Part shown: piece after piece, positions 27,762-37,006 of the stretch | How positions within the stretch are numbered: the first letter of the stretch is position 1 | Layout: each line of letters starts with the position of its first letter | Assembly: GCA_031261985.1 (NCBI GenBank) | Contig: JAISIR010000003.1 | Coordinates: 26,924-90,923 of the forward strand | Source: Clostridiales bacterium | Lineage (GTDB): Bacteria; Bacillota; Clostridia; Monoglobales; WRBX01 | Direction of reading: 5' to 3' | DNA: 64,000 bases | Translations under genes and position numbers: made by a program | Notes under the pieces: model-generated | What the model was told of the DNA's origin: nothing | Databases searched by the model: none | Seen by the model: only the letters and a program-made list of their open reading frames with translations

Positions 27762-27890
27762 TTTTTCTCCCCCTTATGTAACTATTATAACACAAAAGTA
27801 CCGCAAACGCAATAGCAAATTCGCGTTTTATGTTAAATTTGTGTTAAGTTATTTTGCAAAACTGTCATTCTAACCTTTGCTTAGATAATT

Positions 27891-28571
27891 TTAATAAGGT
27901 TTTTTAGGTTGATTTTTACTAGGCACATTTGGTTTAACATTAACATTAGGTGTATTAGCCCTATCTTGTTTAAACGTAGCTAGCTTCTTGCTTGGCGCTT
28001 GTTTGTTATGCTCTTCTACAGCCAAGTTAAAGTACATTTTTAAATTAGTTTCCTTACAGTCTTTAGCAATATCCATAATGCGTCTTTTAGCGTCTAAATA
28101 ATTTTCCACGTTATTAAAACTCATCCTGCTGTTCTTGCCTATTTCTATAACCTCATTACCATTAATTAAATATCCATTCCCAAAAACGTTTACAACAGCA
28201 CCAATGCCACCGTCTGTTTCCGCCTGTGTGTTGCCATAATAAACTCGTCCAAGAGCTGGGTTAAATGAAGCCACAATACCCTTAGCAGTTACAACAAAAC
28301 ATCCCTCGTTTAGGCTGTCACCAACGTTCGATTTTTCAGCCATTTCTAGTACATCGTTAAAAATATCTTTGGCGTAAACAGAAATATCACTTTGTGCAAT
28401 AATCTCGCACGAAATCTCTAAACTTTTCAATGGTAGACTAACATCGGTTCTATCATCAGATAAAGCGGCGAACCCCTTTAAGTGTTCGATGTTACTACTT
28501 ATCTCGCGCTCAAACTGGTCGTCAAGGTTTAACTTGTAATTATCGCTTTCAATAAAATTTGCAAAACTCAT
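27891..28571 (-). CDS. Hypothetical protein (226 aa)
   Basis: AAGGGGAG RBS, TTGACA-17-TATAAT promoter, and the shared upstream box at 28650-28672. Confidence 0.5.
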   Translation of the reverse strand: MSFANFIESDNYKLNLDDQFEREISSNIEHLKGFAALSDDRTDVSLPLKSLEISCEIIAQSDISVYAKDIFNDVLEMAEKSNVGDSLNEGCFVVTAKGIVASFNPALGRVYYGNTQAETDGGIGAVVNVFGNGYLINGNEVIEIGKNSRMSFNNVENYLDAKRRIMDIAKDCKETNLKMYFNLAVEEHNKQAPSKKLATFKQDRANTPNVNVKPNVPSKNQPKKPY

Positions 28572-28774
28572 TTTAAAACTCCCCTTTTATTGATTTTGCA
28601 AGCATTATATCACATTTTCTTACTTATGTCAACATAAAAACGCCCGATTTTATGTTAAATTTGTGTTAAGTTATCTAGCTTCCAAAAGCATCCTTGGTTC
28701 AAATTCATAAACAAAAAACATTTTGCTAAAAAGCAAAATGTCCTTCACAACTATTCATTGTTCGCTATTTATGT

Positions 28775-29164
28775 TTAATTCTCGTTTATATAATCTTCAA
28801 TGGTTTTCCCATCAACCCAAAGCCCAGTTACAACGCCTTTCTTCCCTAACACACTAATTGTAACATATGCCTTTTCTTGCCCATTACTTACCATTTCTTC
28901 TGCCTTTTGTGCATATTTTTCGTCGATGTAATATCTATCAAAAGTCGCAGTCGTCAAACCGACTTCTTCAGGGAATTCGCCTATTATATTAATAACAACA
29001 TATTTTCCACGGAAGGCATCATAAGGGTCTATTGGCGCAACTTCAAATTTATACTCCGTTCCATATTTTGCAATAAACGCATTAGAATTTAATGTGTAAC
29101 CGAGATATGAAAAAGTTAAAACTATCACAAGCAATGTAGCATATAATTTCAAGTTTTTACTCAA
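28775..29164 (-). CDS. GDYXXLXY-family-like membrane-anchored protein
   Basis: N-terminal TM helix and 'DPYDAFRGKYVVINI', which resembles the GDYXXLXY motif. Overlaps the upstream polytopic gene by 8 nt, the usual family pairing. Confidence 0.45.
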   Translation of the reverse strand: MSKNLKLYATLLVIVLTFSYLGYTLNSNAFIAKYGTEYKFEVAPIDPYDAFRGKYVVINIIGEFPEEVGLTTATFDRYYIDEKYAQKAEEMVSNGQEKAYVTISVLGKKGVVTGLWVDGKTIEDYINEN

Positions 29165-30473
29165 AACGATTCTCTCCTTTATTTAATCGCTGATTTTTCT
29201 TCGCATAAATATTTACACCTAAAAAAACACACCCTACTAGGATAAACACCAATGCTTTAATGCCTAATGCAAAATTACTGTCAAAAAATCTTGTTAAAAT
29301 TATTAAACAAACAAGGAACATTCCGCTATTCATATTCTTAAAATTGCCATCAATCATTCCAAAATAAATACGCATAGCACCAATAATTAAAACAACCCCA
29401 TTTGCAATAAGCATAGGAATAATAATTTTACCGGCAAGCGATGACAAAAATAATAGAGAAAAAGCAATAATCGTTACTCTAAAATACTTGCTATCGTTTT
29501 TATAAGACGCAATAGTCGCCAGCGCAATTGTAATTAAACCCAAAACAATCAAGGCTGCCCATTGCCCGCCAACAGGAACGCGCTCCGCTGTTGCATAGTT
29601 AATTGTTGCAAAAAACGAGTCGCCGAATCCCTTAAAAGTACAAAGATAAGTTATTACTAACAATGACGCTATGCTCCATTTTAAAATAGAAGCAAAAAAC
29701 TCATTTTTGTAATATTGCAAAATTATACTAACCGCAAGCAATAAAAGAGGCACCAAGTAAATAAAATCCATTATAATTTGGTTATTGTTAAAAGAGAGGA
29801 TAAAAGTATATATAAATATCCCAACAAAGCTGACCGAACCAAGGAACTTATTCAACCTATGGGAAGCGTTTAGTTTAAGTAAATGTATAATCCTTGGAGC
29901 AATTAATAACAATTCTATTGTGAACCAAATATTTTGTTCAACAATGCTTTTGTATTCAATTGCCGAATATGAACTTAAAACCGTTGCTATATATATTGGA
30001 ACTAAAGAAATTGAATCCAACAAATAAATCATGGGCAAGGTTAAAATCCCACAAGTTAAAAAATAAGAATGATTATCTACATGAAAAATTCTTGAGATTA
30101 ACGCAACAGCTGTGAACACCGACGCTGAATATAAAATGGCTGTTATTTCTTTGAAATTTTGTGAATCAATGCGATTTCCAACAATATAAATTGCTCCGCA
30201 ACTCGAAAGAATCAAAGGTAATAGTGAAATCACGGTCTTAGTTGCTACCGAAAACGAGTGCCAATTAATAGACGCAAACACTATAACGCCCAATCCTATT
30301 AATAGTGCGCCGATAATTGCAAACATCATGCTCGATGTTCTGGAACTTTCGTTATTCTTGCGGACTTTAATTTTGCTATAATACATTTCCATTTTGGTGG
30401 CTGTCTCTTGATCAATTATCCCACTAGCAAGCAAATTAGTAATTTCCTCGTTTGGAACAAAAAAATCTTTCAT
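29157..30473 (-). CDS. Polytopic membrane protein (DUF2157/DUF4401-like partner of the GDYXXLXY protein)
   Basis: About 12 TM segments after a short soluble N-terminus. Call rests on gene pairing. Confidence 0.4.
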   Translation of the reverse strand: MKDFFVPNEEITNLLASGIIDQETATKMEMYYSKIKVRKNNESSRTSSMMFAIIGALLIGLGVIVFASINWHSFSVATKTVISLLPLILSSCGAIYIVGNRIDSQNFKEITAILYSASVFTAVALISRIFHVDNHSYFLTCGILTLPMIYLLDSISLVPIYIATVLSSYSAIEYKSIVEQNIWFTIELLLIAPRIIHLLKLNASHRLNKFLGSVSFVGIFIYTFILSFNNNQIIMDFIYLVPLLLLAVSIILQYYKNEFFASILKWSIASLLVITYLCTFKGFGDSFFATINYATAERVPVGGQWAALIVLGLITIALATIASYKNDSKYFRVTIIAFSLLFLSSLAGKIIIPMLIANGVVLIIGAMRIYFGMIDGNFKNMNSGMFLVCLIILTRFFDSNFALGIKALVFILVGCVFLGVNIYAKKNQRLNKGENRFE

Positions 30474-30517
30474 ACATAAATCCTCCGCAACTGTTCATTA
30501 TTCACTTAGAAATATTG

Positions 30518-31213
30518 TTATCGCAATTTATTTATAAATTTTAACACATTTTGTTTTGCTGAGTTTTCAAAATTATCGACAATTCTCTCATTTTGTCTTT
30601 GAGCACTTGATTTAAATATTTTTTTCCTAGATGAGTTTTGTAACCGTTCTTTGGTGCGTTGTGCCATTTCCATTTCCTCTTTAGCTGCTGATATAAATTC
30701 TTCTGGGTTTTGCAAATAGTTTCTGCACTCTTTGATAAAAGCAACTTTCTCTTTTACTCTAACCACGTCATAAGAATCATGAGCTAAGCGAAAGTCATCA
30801 AATATTTTTGCAATTTCGTTTAGAATAGATACAGTCTTGTCGTTCGTTTCAGCATTCTTAACGAATCCTAACACTTTTTGTTTCTCAGAGTTTTCAAAAT
30901 TATTGACAATTCTCTCGTTTTGTCTTTGAGCACTTGATTTAAATATTTTTTTCCTAGATGAGTTTTCTAACCGTTCTTTGGTGCGTTGTGCCATTTCCAT
31001 TTCTTCTTTAGCTTTTGATATAAATTCTTCTGGGTTTTGCAAATATTCGCTACATTCTTTGACAAAATCAAGTATCCCATTTACATCATCGGCGCGATAA
31101 TAATCACTTCCTGCTATCATCATATTACCACAATATGTATAATCACACGTTGGATTGAGGCCATTAAATCTTTGTATTATTTCATTTAGAATAAATACAG
31201 CCTTATCGTCCAT
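30518..31213 (-). CDS. Protein with an internal ~107-aa tandem duplication, unknown function
   Basis: Start moved to the ATG at 31213, because the ORF-track N-terminus runs through the TTGACT-17-TATAAT promoter. Two near-identical units 'YLQNPEEFISxAKEEMEMAQRTKERLxNSSRKKIFKSSAQRQNERIV'. Confidence 0.55.
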   Translation of the reverse strand: MDDKAVFILNEIIQRFNGLNPTCDYTYCGNMMIAGSDYYRADDVNGILDFVKECSEYLQNPEEFISKAKEEMEMAQRTKERLENSSRKKIFKSSAQRQNERIVNNFENSEKQKVLGFVKNAETNDKTVSILNEIAKIFDDFRLAHDSYDVVRVKEKVAFIKECRNYLQNPEEFISAAKEEMEMAQRTKERLQNSSRKKIFKSSAQRQNERIVDNFENSAKQNVLKFINKLR

Positions 31214-31593
31214 TAGTATCATCCCCTTACTTATATTATAACAGATTTTCGCGTAAAAGTCAAGCAAAAAGATATGAATTATGTTAAATTTGTGTAAAGG
31301 TATTAAGGTAAAAAGTGCACCCCCGGTTCAAATCTGTTTTTAGGCTCTAAGTAACCCCCTAAACACTACAAATAAAAAAATGAAGAATGATAAGTGATGA
31401 ACGATAAATGTTGAATACAAAAAGTGCACTATAGCATGCCTTTCATTCATCATTTACAATTGATCATTTTTCATTGCCAAGCTTGCTTGGCACTTTTTGT
31501 TTGGTTTGGACAAAAAAGATACCCAAGAAGGTTTATAAGCAACTTTCAAAGTTTTATCAATTTTTTAATTCTTTTTTGTAGCTTGTTGGCAAT

Positions 31594-31872
31594 TTAATAG
31601 CCTCTTTCCCGATAAGAGCCATAAGGATTTTTCTTTCTCAATTCTTCGATATATTTTAATTGTGCTTTTTCTAAATCTTCTTTTTCCATTTTCTCAGTTG
31701 CCTTTTTGAAATAAGTTTCCCCTGCTTCATTATATTTTTGTGCTTTTTTTGCACTTTTGCGAGCAGATATGGCACTGCATAATGACCATATAGCACTTCC
31801 AACGGCGATATAAATAGTAATTATATCTCCTACTGTTATGTTTTCTTTCATAAATGTCATAAAACTTTCCAT
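31594..31872 (-). CDS. Small single-pass membrane protein (92 aa), island cassette A
   Basis: Start at ATG 31872, 7 nt after the AAGAGGTG of the conserved module. One TM helix 'ITIYIAVGSAIWSLCSAI' followed by a charged tail. Confidence 0.5.
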   Translation of the reverse strand: MESFMTFMKENITVGDIITIYIAVGSAIWSLCSAISARKSAKKAQKYNEAGETYFKKATEKMEKEDLEKAQLKYIEELRKKNPYGSYRERGY

Positions 31873-31877
31873 ATTAC

Positions 31878-31923
31878 TCACCTCTTACATAATTATATAT
31901 ATTTCGTCATACAAAGTCAATAC
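31878..31923 (-). promoter_or_regulatory. Conserved island promoter+RBS module, copy 1
   Basis: Minus strand reads TTGACTTTGTATGACGAAATATATATAATTATGTAAGAGGTGA (-35, 17 nt, -10, RBS). Confidence 0.75.
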
Positions 31924-32203
31924 TCAAAATGCCCCCCGTTCAAATCTGTTTTTAGGGGTGGAGAGGAACAGTGAAGTATTTTGGTTGCACCAAAAAGTGA
32001 AGCAGTTGGCTTTCAGCCAACAGTGAAGTATAGCGTGAACGCTAAATGAAGTAAAGTTTGCATAAAAATTACGAAGCAACTTCATTCGCCGATAGGCGAA
32101 CTTCACTTCGCAAGATACTTCACTTGCCCGACAGGGCAAACTTAGTTGCAATTTGCTATGCAAATTGCATGTCCCATTTGGACAAAAAAGATACCCGAGA
32201 GAT

Positions 32204-32329
32204 TTATGTTATCACGCCATGCGTCTGTTTAATTATAGTTCTATATCCTTTAACAACCCAAATCTCGCAATTCTTAGTAAAAGAAAAACTCTGTGCATAT
32301 CGAAAAATATTGCTTTTATTATTTTTCAT
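32204..32329 (-). pseudogene. 41-codon ORF behind a degenerate copy of the island module; possible decayed cassette
   Basis: MKNNKSNIFRYAQSFSFTKNCEIWVVKGYRTIIKQTHGVIT. RBS is GGAAGGGTG. The stop abuts the same GATACCCGAGAGAT junction that follows gene 37066-38616. Confidence 0.25.
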
Positions 32330-32496
32330 CACCCTTCCAAAATTATATTTAAATCGGTTTGTGAAGAAATTATAAATTTTCGTGTTTTATAATATAGCGT
32401 TCTGTTGACTTTTACATTATTATGTGCTAAAATAATAAAAAGATGTTGTCGTCATAATCGAATATTATTAAAAGTTTGATGAAGTGGAGGGCTATT

Positions 32497-33042
32497 GTGG
32501 CTAAAAGAGAGGCTATTAAAACAACACTTAATTCAATTGTGGAATATTGGGGCTCGAGGGTTGATGAATGTGATCTTAGTGTTGACTGGGCAGAAGCGGA
32601 CAGCCATTGTTGGAGGTGTGGGTGCGAAAAAAATTTAGAACGGTGTCATATAATCCCGCATTCATTACAGGGAAAGGATGAGCCTTCTAATTATGTGTTA
32701 CTATGCAAAAGATGTCATTTGGAAAATCCTAATGTCGCCGATAAGGAAATTATGTGGGATTGGCTAAAAGCATATAAAACATCTTTTTATGAAACTTTTT
32801 GGCTAATTCAAGGTTTAGAAGAATACAAACGCATATATGGAAAAAGCGTTGTTGAGGAACTCAAAAAGCTAGGAATTAAAGATAGAAATAAAGTTTTAAG
32901 CTCGTTCAAAGCTACCCATAATATGGCAAGCTTTCATTTCGGGCAACCATATTTCAACTCAGCAACTGTTGCAGGATTATTGAGGATGATGATAAAGGAA
33001 TTGGAAGCGGAAACGGAAACTATTGAGAAATGCAACGCATAA
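32497..33042 (+). CDS. Free-standing HNH endonuclease
   Basis: GTG start 6 nt after GGAGG. 'CWRCGCEKNLERCHIIPHSLQGKDEPSNYVLLCKRCH' is an HNH motif. Confidence 0.7.
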   Translation: MAKREAIKTTLNSIVEYWGSRVDECDLSVDWAEADSHCWRCGCEKNLERCHIIPHSLQGKDEPSNYVLLCKRCHLENPNVADKEIMWDWLKAYKTSFYETFWLIQGLEEYKRIYGKSVVEELKKLGIKDRNKVLSSFKATHNMASFHFGQPYFNSATVAGLLRMMIKELEAETETIEKCNA

Positions 33043-33097
33043 AATTCTCATAAATTAATTTGTTCTATTTATATCAGCTCGTTTATTTTTAAAAACA

Positions 33098-33910
33098 TTA
33101 TTGTTGAATAGCTTTAGTCAAGCCATGCATCCCAGCTTCAAAATCTTCTCTAAAATCAATATACTTTTTATTCTTTAATAAATGTGGGATTTCACAATCT
33201 TTTAGCAAAATAGGTATAACCTTGATTCTGTTTTCACCTATTTCACGCCAAAACATAGACTGCCATTCCGTTTTAACCCAGTTAGATTCAATAGAATTCG
33301 GAGATAGGATAACCAATATATAGTCGCTGGCATCAAGAGCTTTTGATATTTCATCGGGTATAGATTGCCCGCCACATATCTCACTATCTATCCAAGGGTC
33401 ATGCCCATCTTCTGCCAATTGAACAAATAAACTTTCTGCAAATGGCTTATCTTTTGTTGCGTGAGAGATGAAAATTTTCAAGCCTTTTTTATTGCCAAAC
33501 CTAGTTTTAACATGTCGCTCATACATTAAAGCTATAGTAAGATTAAGTTCCAATAATAAGTCTTCTTTTTGTTGCATTAATTCCTTTTCATCGCCCTCGC
33601 CAGACATAATTTTTTCGGTAATCCCCCAAATTTCATATTCTATAGATTTCATTCTATTTGAGCAAGCAGACATAGGAATAGTGTTTGTTATATTACCTTT
33701 TGGTACATAAGCAAATGTATTGCAATGCAATATATTTCCCCAATAGATAATCGCATATTGATTATGCAACATTTCACAATCTTCATCAATGCCATCTGTA
33801 CATAATTCACAAATGTCACATTCGCAAGCATCATCGTCAAAAATTCCAATTCTCCCTTTATACTCTCCTTTTATACATAAAACTGGACCATAGCTTAATT
33901 CAGAATGCAT
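33098..33910 (-). CDS. TIR-domain protein with a Cys/Asp-rich N-terminal domain
   Basis: C-terminal 'LKIFISHATKDKPFAESL...DPWIDSEICGGQSI...YILVILSPNSIESNWVKTEW' is TIR-like. The N-terminal ~130 aa contains 'DDDACECDICELCTDGIDEDCE'. Confidence 0.75.
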   Translation of the reverse strand: MHSELSYGPVLCIKGEYKGRIGIFDDDACECDICELCTDGIDEDCEMLHNQYAIIYWGNILHCNTFAYVPKGNITNTIPMSACSNRMKSIEYEIWGITEKIMSGEGDEKELMQQKEDLLLELNLTIALMYERHVKTRFGNKKGLKIFISHATKDKPFAESLFVQLAEDGHDPWIDSEICGGQSIPDEISKALDASDYILVILSPNSIESNWVKTEWQSMFWREIGENRIKVIPILLKDCEIPHLLKNKKYIDFREDFEAGMHGLTKAIQQ

Positions 33911-33948
33911 GTATTATCCTCTCTTTCGATGAGAATTATTTTAAAAAC

Positions 33949-34857
33949 TTAAACACATATTTTCGCACCTTTTTTTCTATTACATCTCCAACACAAACAT
34001 TGAAGGTTTTCCTCTACAGATAAACCACCTTTAGAAATTGGAATTATGTGGTCTATTTCTAGAAGTAGTGTGGGTTCATCTTTTATAGAAACATTACATA
34101 ACTTGCAAGCATAGTTATCTCTTTTTTTAATTTTTTCTCTTAATTGTGGAGTCATTATAACTCTTTGGTATTGAGCAGATTTTTTATATTTGATACTGTC
34201 GTCTAGCCAATGCATAAAACCCTCTAAATTATTGGGGTTGAGCTTTAAAGTGTAAGACAATCCACTATTGCCACCTGAACTTGTATAAGAGAAAACATAT
34301 TGCGGATAAATAACTGAAACTAAATCTAATTCAGTTAATCCTAACTTTTTATAAAGAGATTTTTTCAAAATTTTAATCAAAAATGGTAAATTGTTTTTAA
34401 TCTTATCAAATAAATTATTACGTTTTGTCCTAAGTAGTTCTCTCGATTCTTCATAAGAATTAAAATTATTCAGCATGTCGTTTGCATAATTACGATGCGT
34501 TTCATCTATAGGTATATTAAAATACTTACAAATATACTTATAGCCATTTAGCTGAGCATTACTAACAACAGAACGAGAACAATGATATATGTATTGTTTG
34601 TTTTCTCTACTAAAAAGCCCAGAATGTTTATAACCCCATCGGCTTTCATTTGAGATTTCTCCAACAAAAGTTTGCTTAGTTTGGCCTCCTAAAAGATTTA
34701 TGCTTAAAAAATCGGCATACTCATTCAGCTCGTTAAAATCGTTAGTTAAATCCTCTACACTTTTCTTTATGGAAGCAAATTCATCAGAATTAAAATAAAC
34801 ATTTCTATAAATGATAATACCTATCCAAACTATAAAAATTATTGCTAAAGGATTCAT
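33949..34857 (-). CDS. Membrane-anchored HNH nuclease
   Basis: N-terminal TM 'LAIIFIVWIGIIIY' and C-terminal 'CKLCNVS...LEIDHIIPISKGGLSVEENLQCLCWRCNRKKG'. Confidence 0.7.
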   Translation of the reverse strand: MNPLAIIFIVWIGIIIYRNVYFNSDEFASIKKSVEDLTNDFNELNEYADFLSINLLGGQTKQTFVGEISNESRWGYKHSGLFSRENKQYIYHCSRSVVSNAQLNGYKYICKYFNIPIDETHRNYANDMLNNFNSYEESRELLRTKRNNLFDKIKNNLPFLIKILKKSLYKKLGLTELDLVSVIYPQYVFSYTSSGGNSGLSYTLKLNPNNLEGFMHWLDDSIKYKKSAQYQRVIMTPQLREKIKKRDNYACKLCNVSIKDEPTLLLEIDHIIPISKGGLSVEENLQCLCWRCNRKKGAKICV

Positions 34858-34936
34858 GGTATTCCGCCTTTATGTTTTTGTATTTTACCGCTTAGAAATT
34901 ATAGTGAAATGAAAAATCTCAGGAGTTTTTTCATGC

Positions 34937-35521
34937 CTATTGTAATTTAAATCCATTTTGTTTGTCTGCTAATTTTGCGATTTCGGTTCTTTGAAGTTTT
35001 ATTTCTTTAAGAAATTTTTCTTCAAAAGTTTCAATAGTATGAAAATGAGCGTAATTCATTAAATTAATATGAAAATTTTGTTCTTTAATATCATCGTTGA
35101 TATCTTTATAATAAACAACTCCAGAAGCAGGTTCTTTCCTTGCGTTTCTTCTGATCTTTGTTGTACCAATAGGAACCTCATATGTTTGACCTATACCAAT
35201 TATACATTCCATGGTTTTTAATTCCTTAAGAATTCTAATTATATCGTTTTCCATGAGACTATTGATAAAGTTATCATCAAATACAATTTTTACATTTTTA
35301 GCTATTTTTCTTCCGTTATTTGTAAATTTTAACATGTAAAAAGCTCGATTCACAAAAACGACTTCTACGGTGATATAAGCCCGATTTTCTTCGTCAAATT
35401 GGCGCTTTATTTCTATAGTTTGTTCTTTAGTAGCTTTAGTGGATTTATAATTAAAAAAGCATATAAAAATTGTAGCTACTGTATAAATAAAAGTTATAAT
35501 AACATTAAGCCAATCTGCCAT
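34937..35521 (-). CDS. Single-pass membrane protein, first gene of the TIR operon
   Basis: Start at ATG 35521 after GGAAGAGGTGG. TM helix 'WLNVIITFIYTVATIFICFF'. The rest is unrecognised. Confidence 0.5.
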   Translation of the reverse strand: MADWLNVIITFIYTVATIFICFFNYKSTKATKEQTIEIKRQFDEENRAYITVEVVFVNRAFYMLKFTNNGRKIAKNVKIVFDDNFINSLMENDIIRILKELKTMECIIGIGQTYEVPIGTTKIRRNARKEPASGVVYYKDINDDIKEQNFHINLMNYAHFHTIETFEEKFLKEIKLQRTEIAKLADKQNGFKLQ

Positions 35522-35526
35522 ATCTC

Positions 35527-35570
35527 CACCTCTTCCATAATTATACATTATTCGCACTTTGATGTCAAGC
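35527..35570 (-). promoter_or_regulatory. Conserved island promoter+RBS module, copy 2 (more diverged)
   Basis: Minus strand reads TTGACATCAAAGTGCGAATAATGTATAATTATGGAAGAGGTGG. Confidence 0.7.
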
Positions 35571-35834
35571 CTCAGCTAAAATCCGCATTCAGCCTATAAC
35601 CAACTCTTAAACGCTATTTTTAAACTGCATCTTAAAAAACAAAAAAACCTGCGAGGCAGGCGTTAGAAATATATTTTTAATGGATAATGAAAAGTGGGGA
35701 AATATTAAAAACGTCGTTTAATAATTCGAAACAGCGTATTATCGCAGTTTTTGCTAAATAATCTTCCCTGTTTTCTTCTAAGGATGGCTTTATCTCACTT
35801 GGTAAAAGATATGAGAAATTTATACTTTCCCCAA

Positions 35835-36836
35835 CTAATATGGATTTTCAAGATCTAATCCATAATGATTTCCAATGCATCTATAGATACCTTCAACGGC
35901 ATTGCAAATATCTGATATATAGCTTGATATAATTTCATCTGTTATATCGATATTAATTTCAGCAGCGTGGACTATCGCATTTCTAATAGTAATTATATCA
36001 TCAATACTATCTAATAATGTATCGGAACGGGCAGGAATGGGTTTTGAAAATACAGCGTTTATATCAAGATTTTCGTTCACCATTTTATAATTGTCTATAA
36101 TAGATTTAGGTCTTTGAAAACTTAACCATTCGCTCAAAACCCATTCTACTTTTTCATTATCTTGCGAAAATGTTTCTATGTGTTGTGGAAGAATTTTTAT
36201 TTTATTTATTACTTTTTTAAATGCTTTTTTCCTGTCATCCGCAAATTTCAAAAGTACAACGAAAGTGGATTTAAGATATTTTTCCCAAGCACCAACAATA
36301 TAAGGTATAAGTAGATTGTTAAATATGGTATTTGCATTAAATTCCATAAGCCAAGGAATATTTGTATTATTACCTTCTATTCTAGTCTGATATTCGAGCA
36401 AAGCCACCTTTTTAATATTATTATCGAAAATCCACTTTTGATAGTACAACCCAACTTCTATTTCAGATTTCTCTGGTAATTCTACTCCGAGCTTAAGGTC
36501 GTCCCAATCATCTTCTTCAAATTCACCACCAAAAAAATTGCTTAAAGCTATTACGGTTTCGTGTTGATGCTTATGCTCCCAATAACTACGCCCAATACGC
36601 GTTCGCGTACAAACCGATATAACTCCATTTTCCTCGTAAAGAGTCAATTCAAGTCCAACAAGTGATTGGAATTCTTTTGCTCCAACCCACACATAACTCC
36701 CTTTGCGTTGCGGAATTTCTTCCTTAGGCACGATTTCAAAGCCATCGTATATCTCATAGTCAAGCCATTTAATAACATCTTTTACTCTTTCAATGTTTGT
36801 TCCAATAGGAAAGGTATTAGTGGTTTCATAACTCAT
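35835..36836 (-). CDS. HEPN-motif protein (ApeA/Abi-like), island cassette C
   Basis: Start moved to ATG 36836; the ORF-track N-terminus crosses the promoter module and spacer repeats. C-terminal 'IITIRNAIVHAAE' contains an Rx4H motif. Confidence 0.55.
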   Translation of the reverse strand: MSYETTNTFPIGTNIERVKDVIKWLDYEIYDGFEIVPKEEIPQRKGSYVWVGAKEFQSLVGLELTLYEENGVISVCTRTRIGRSYWEHKHQHETVIALSNFFGGEFEEDDWDDLKLGVELPEKSEIEVGLYYQKWIFDNNIKKVALLEYQTRIEGNNTNIPWLMEFNANTIFNNLLIPYIVGAWEKYLKSTFVVLLKFADDRKKAFKKVINKIKILPQHIETFSQDNEKVEWVLSEWLSFQRPKSIIDNYKMVNENLDINAVFSKPIPARSDTLLDSIDDIITIRNAIVHAAEINIDITDEIISSYISDICNAVEGIYRCIGNHYGLDLENPY

Positions 36837-36841
36837 GCTTT

Positions 36842-36887
36842 TCACCTCTTTCATAATTATATATAATTCGTCATGCGAAGTCAATAC
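36842..36887 (-). promoter_or_regulatory. Conserved island promoter+RBS module, copy 3
   Basis: Minus strand reads TTGACTTCGCATGACGAATTATATATAATTATGAAAGAGGTGA. Confidence 0.75.
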
Positions 36888-37006
36888 AAAAAAATGCGCC
36901 CCCAGTTTAAATCTGTTTTTTGGGGGTGGGCAACCCCCTAAAGCGCCCTTGCAAAAATTTGCACTTAGAAATGCGAAAAACGCCCATAAATACAGGCGTT
37001 TTTGGC

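Noticed and set aside
31316-36925. tRNA-like T-arm motif in spacer element X (CCCCCRGTTCAAATCTG at about 31321, 31932 and 36901), similar to the tRNA-Cys T-arm (CCCCCAGTTCAAATCTGGG)
   Set aside because: No acceptor, D or anticodon arms are present, so these are not tRNA genes. The copies are in the opposite orientation to tRNA-Cys and lack its 3' acceptor segment, so an att-site remnant cannot be asserted. It could be re-examined if an integrase is found elsewhere.
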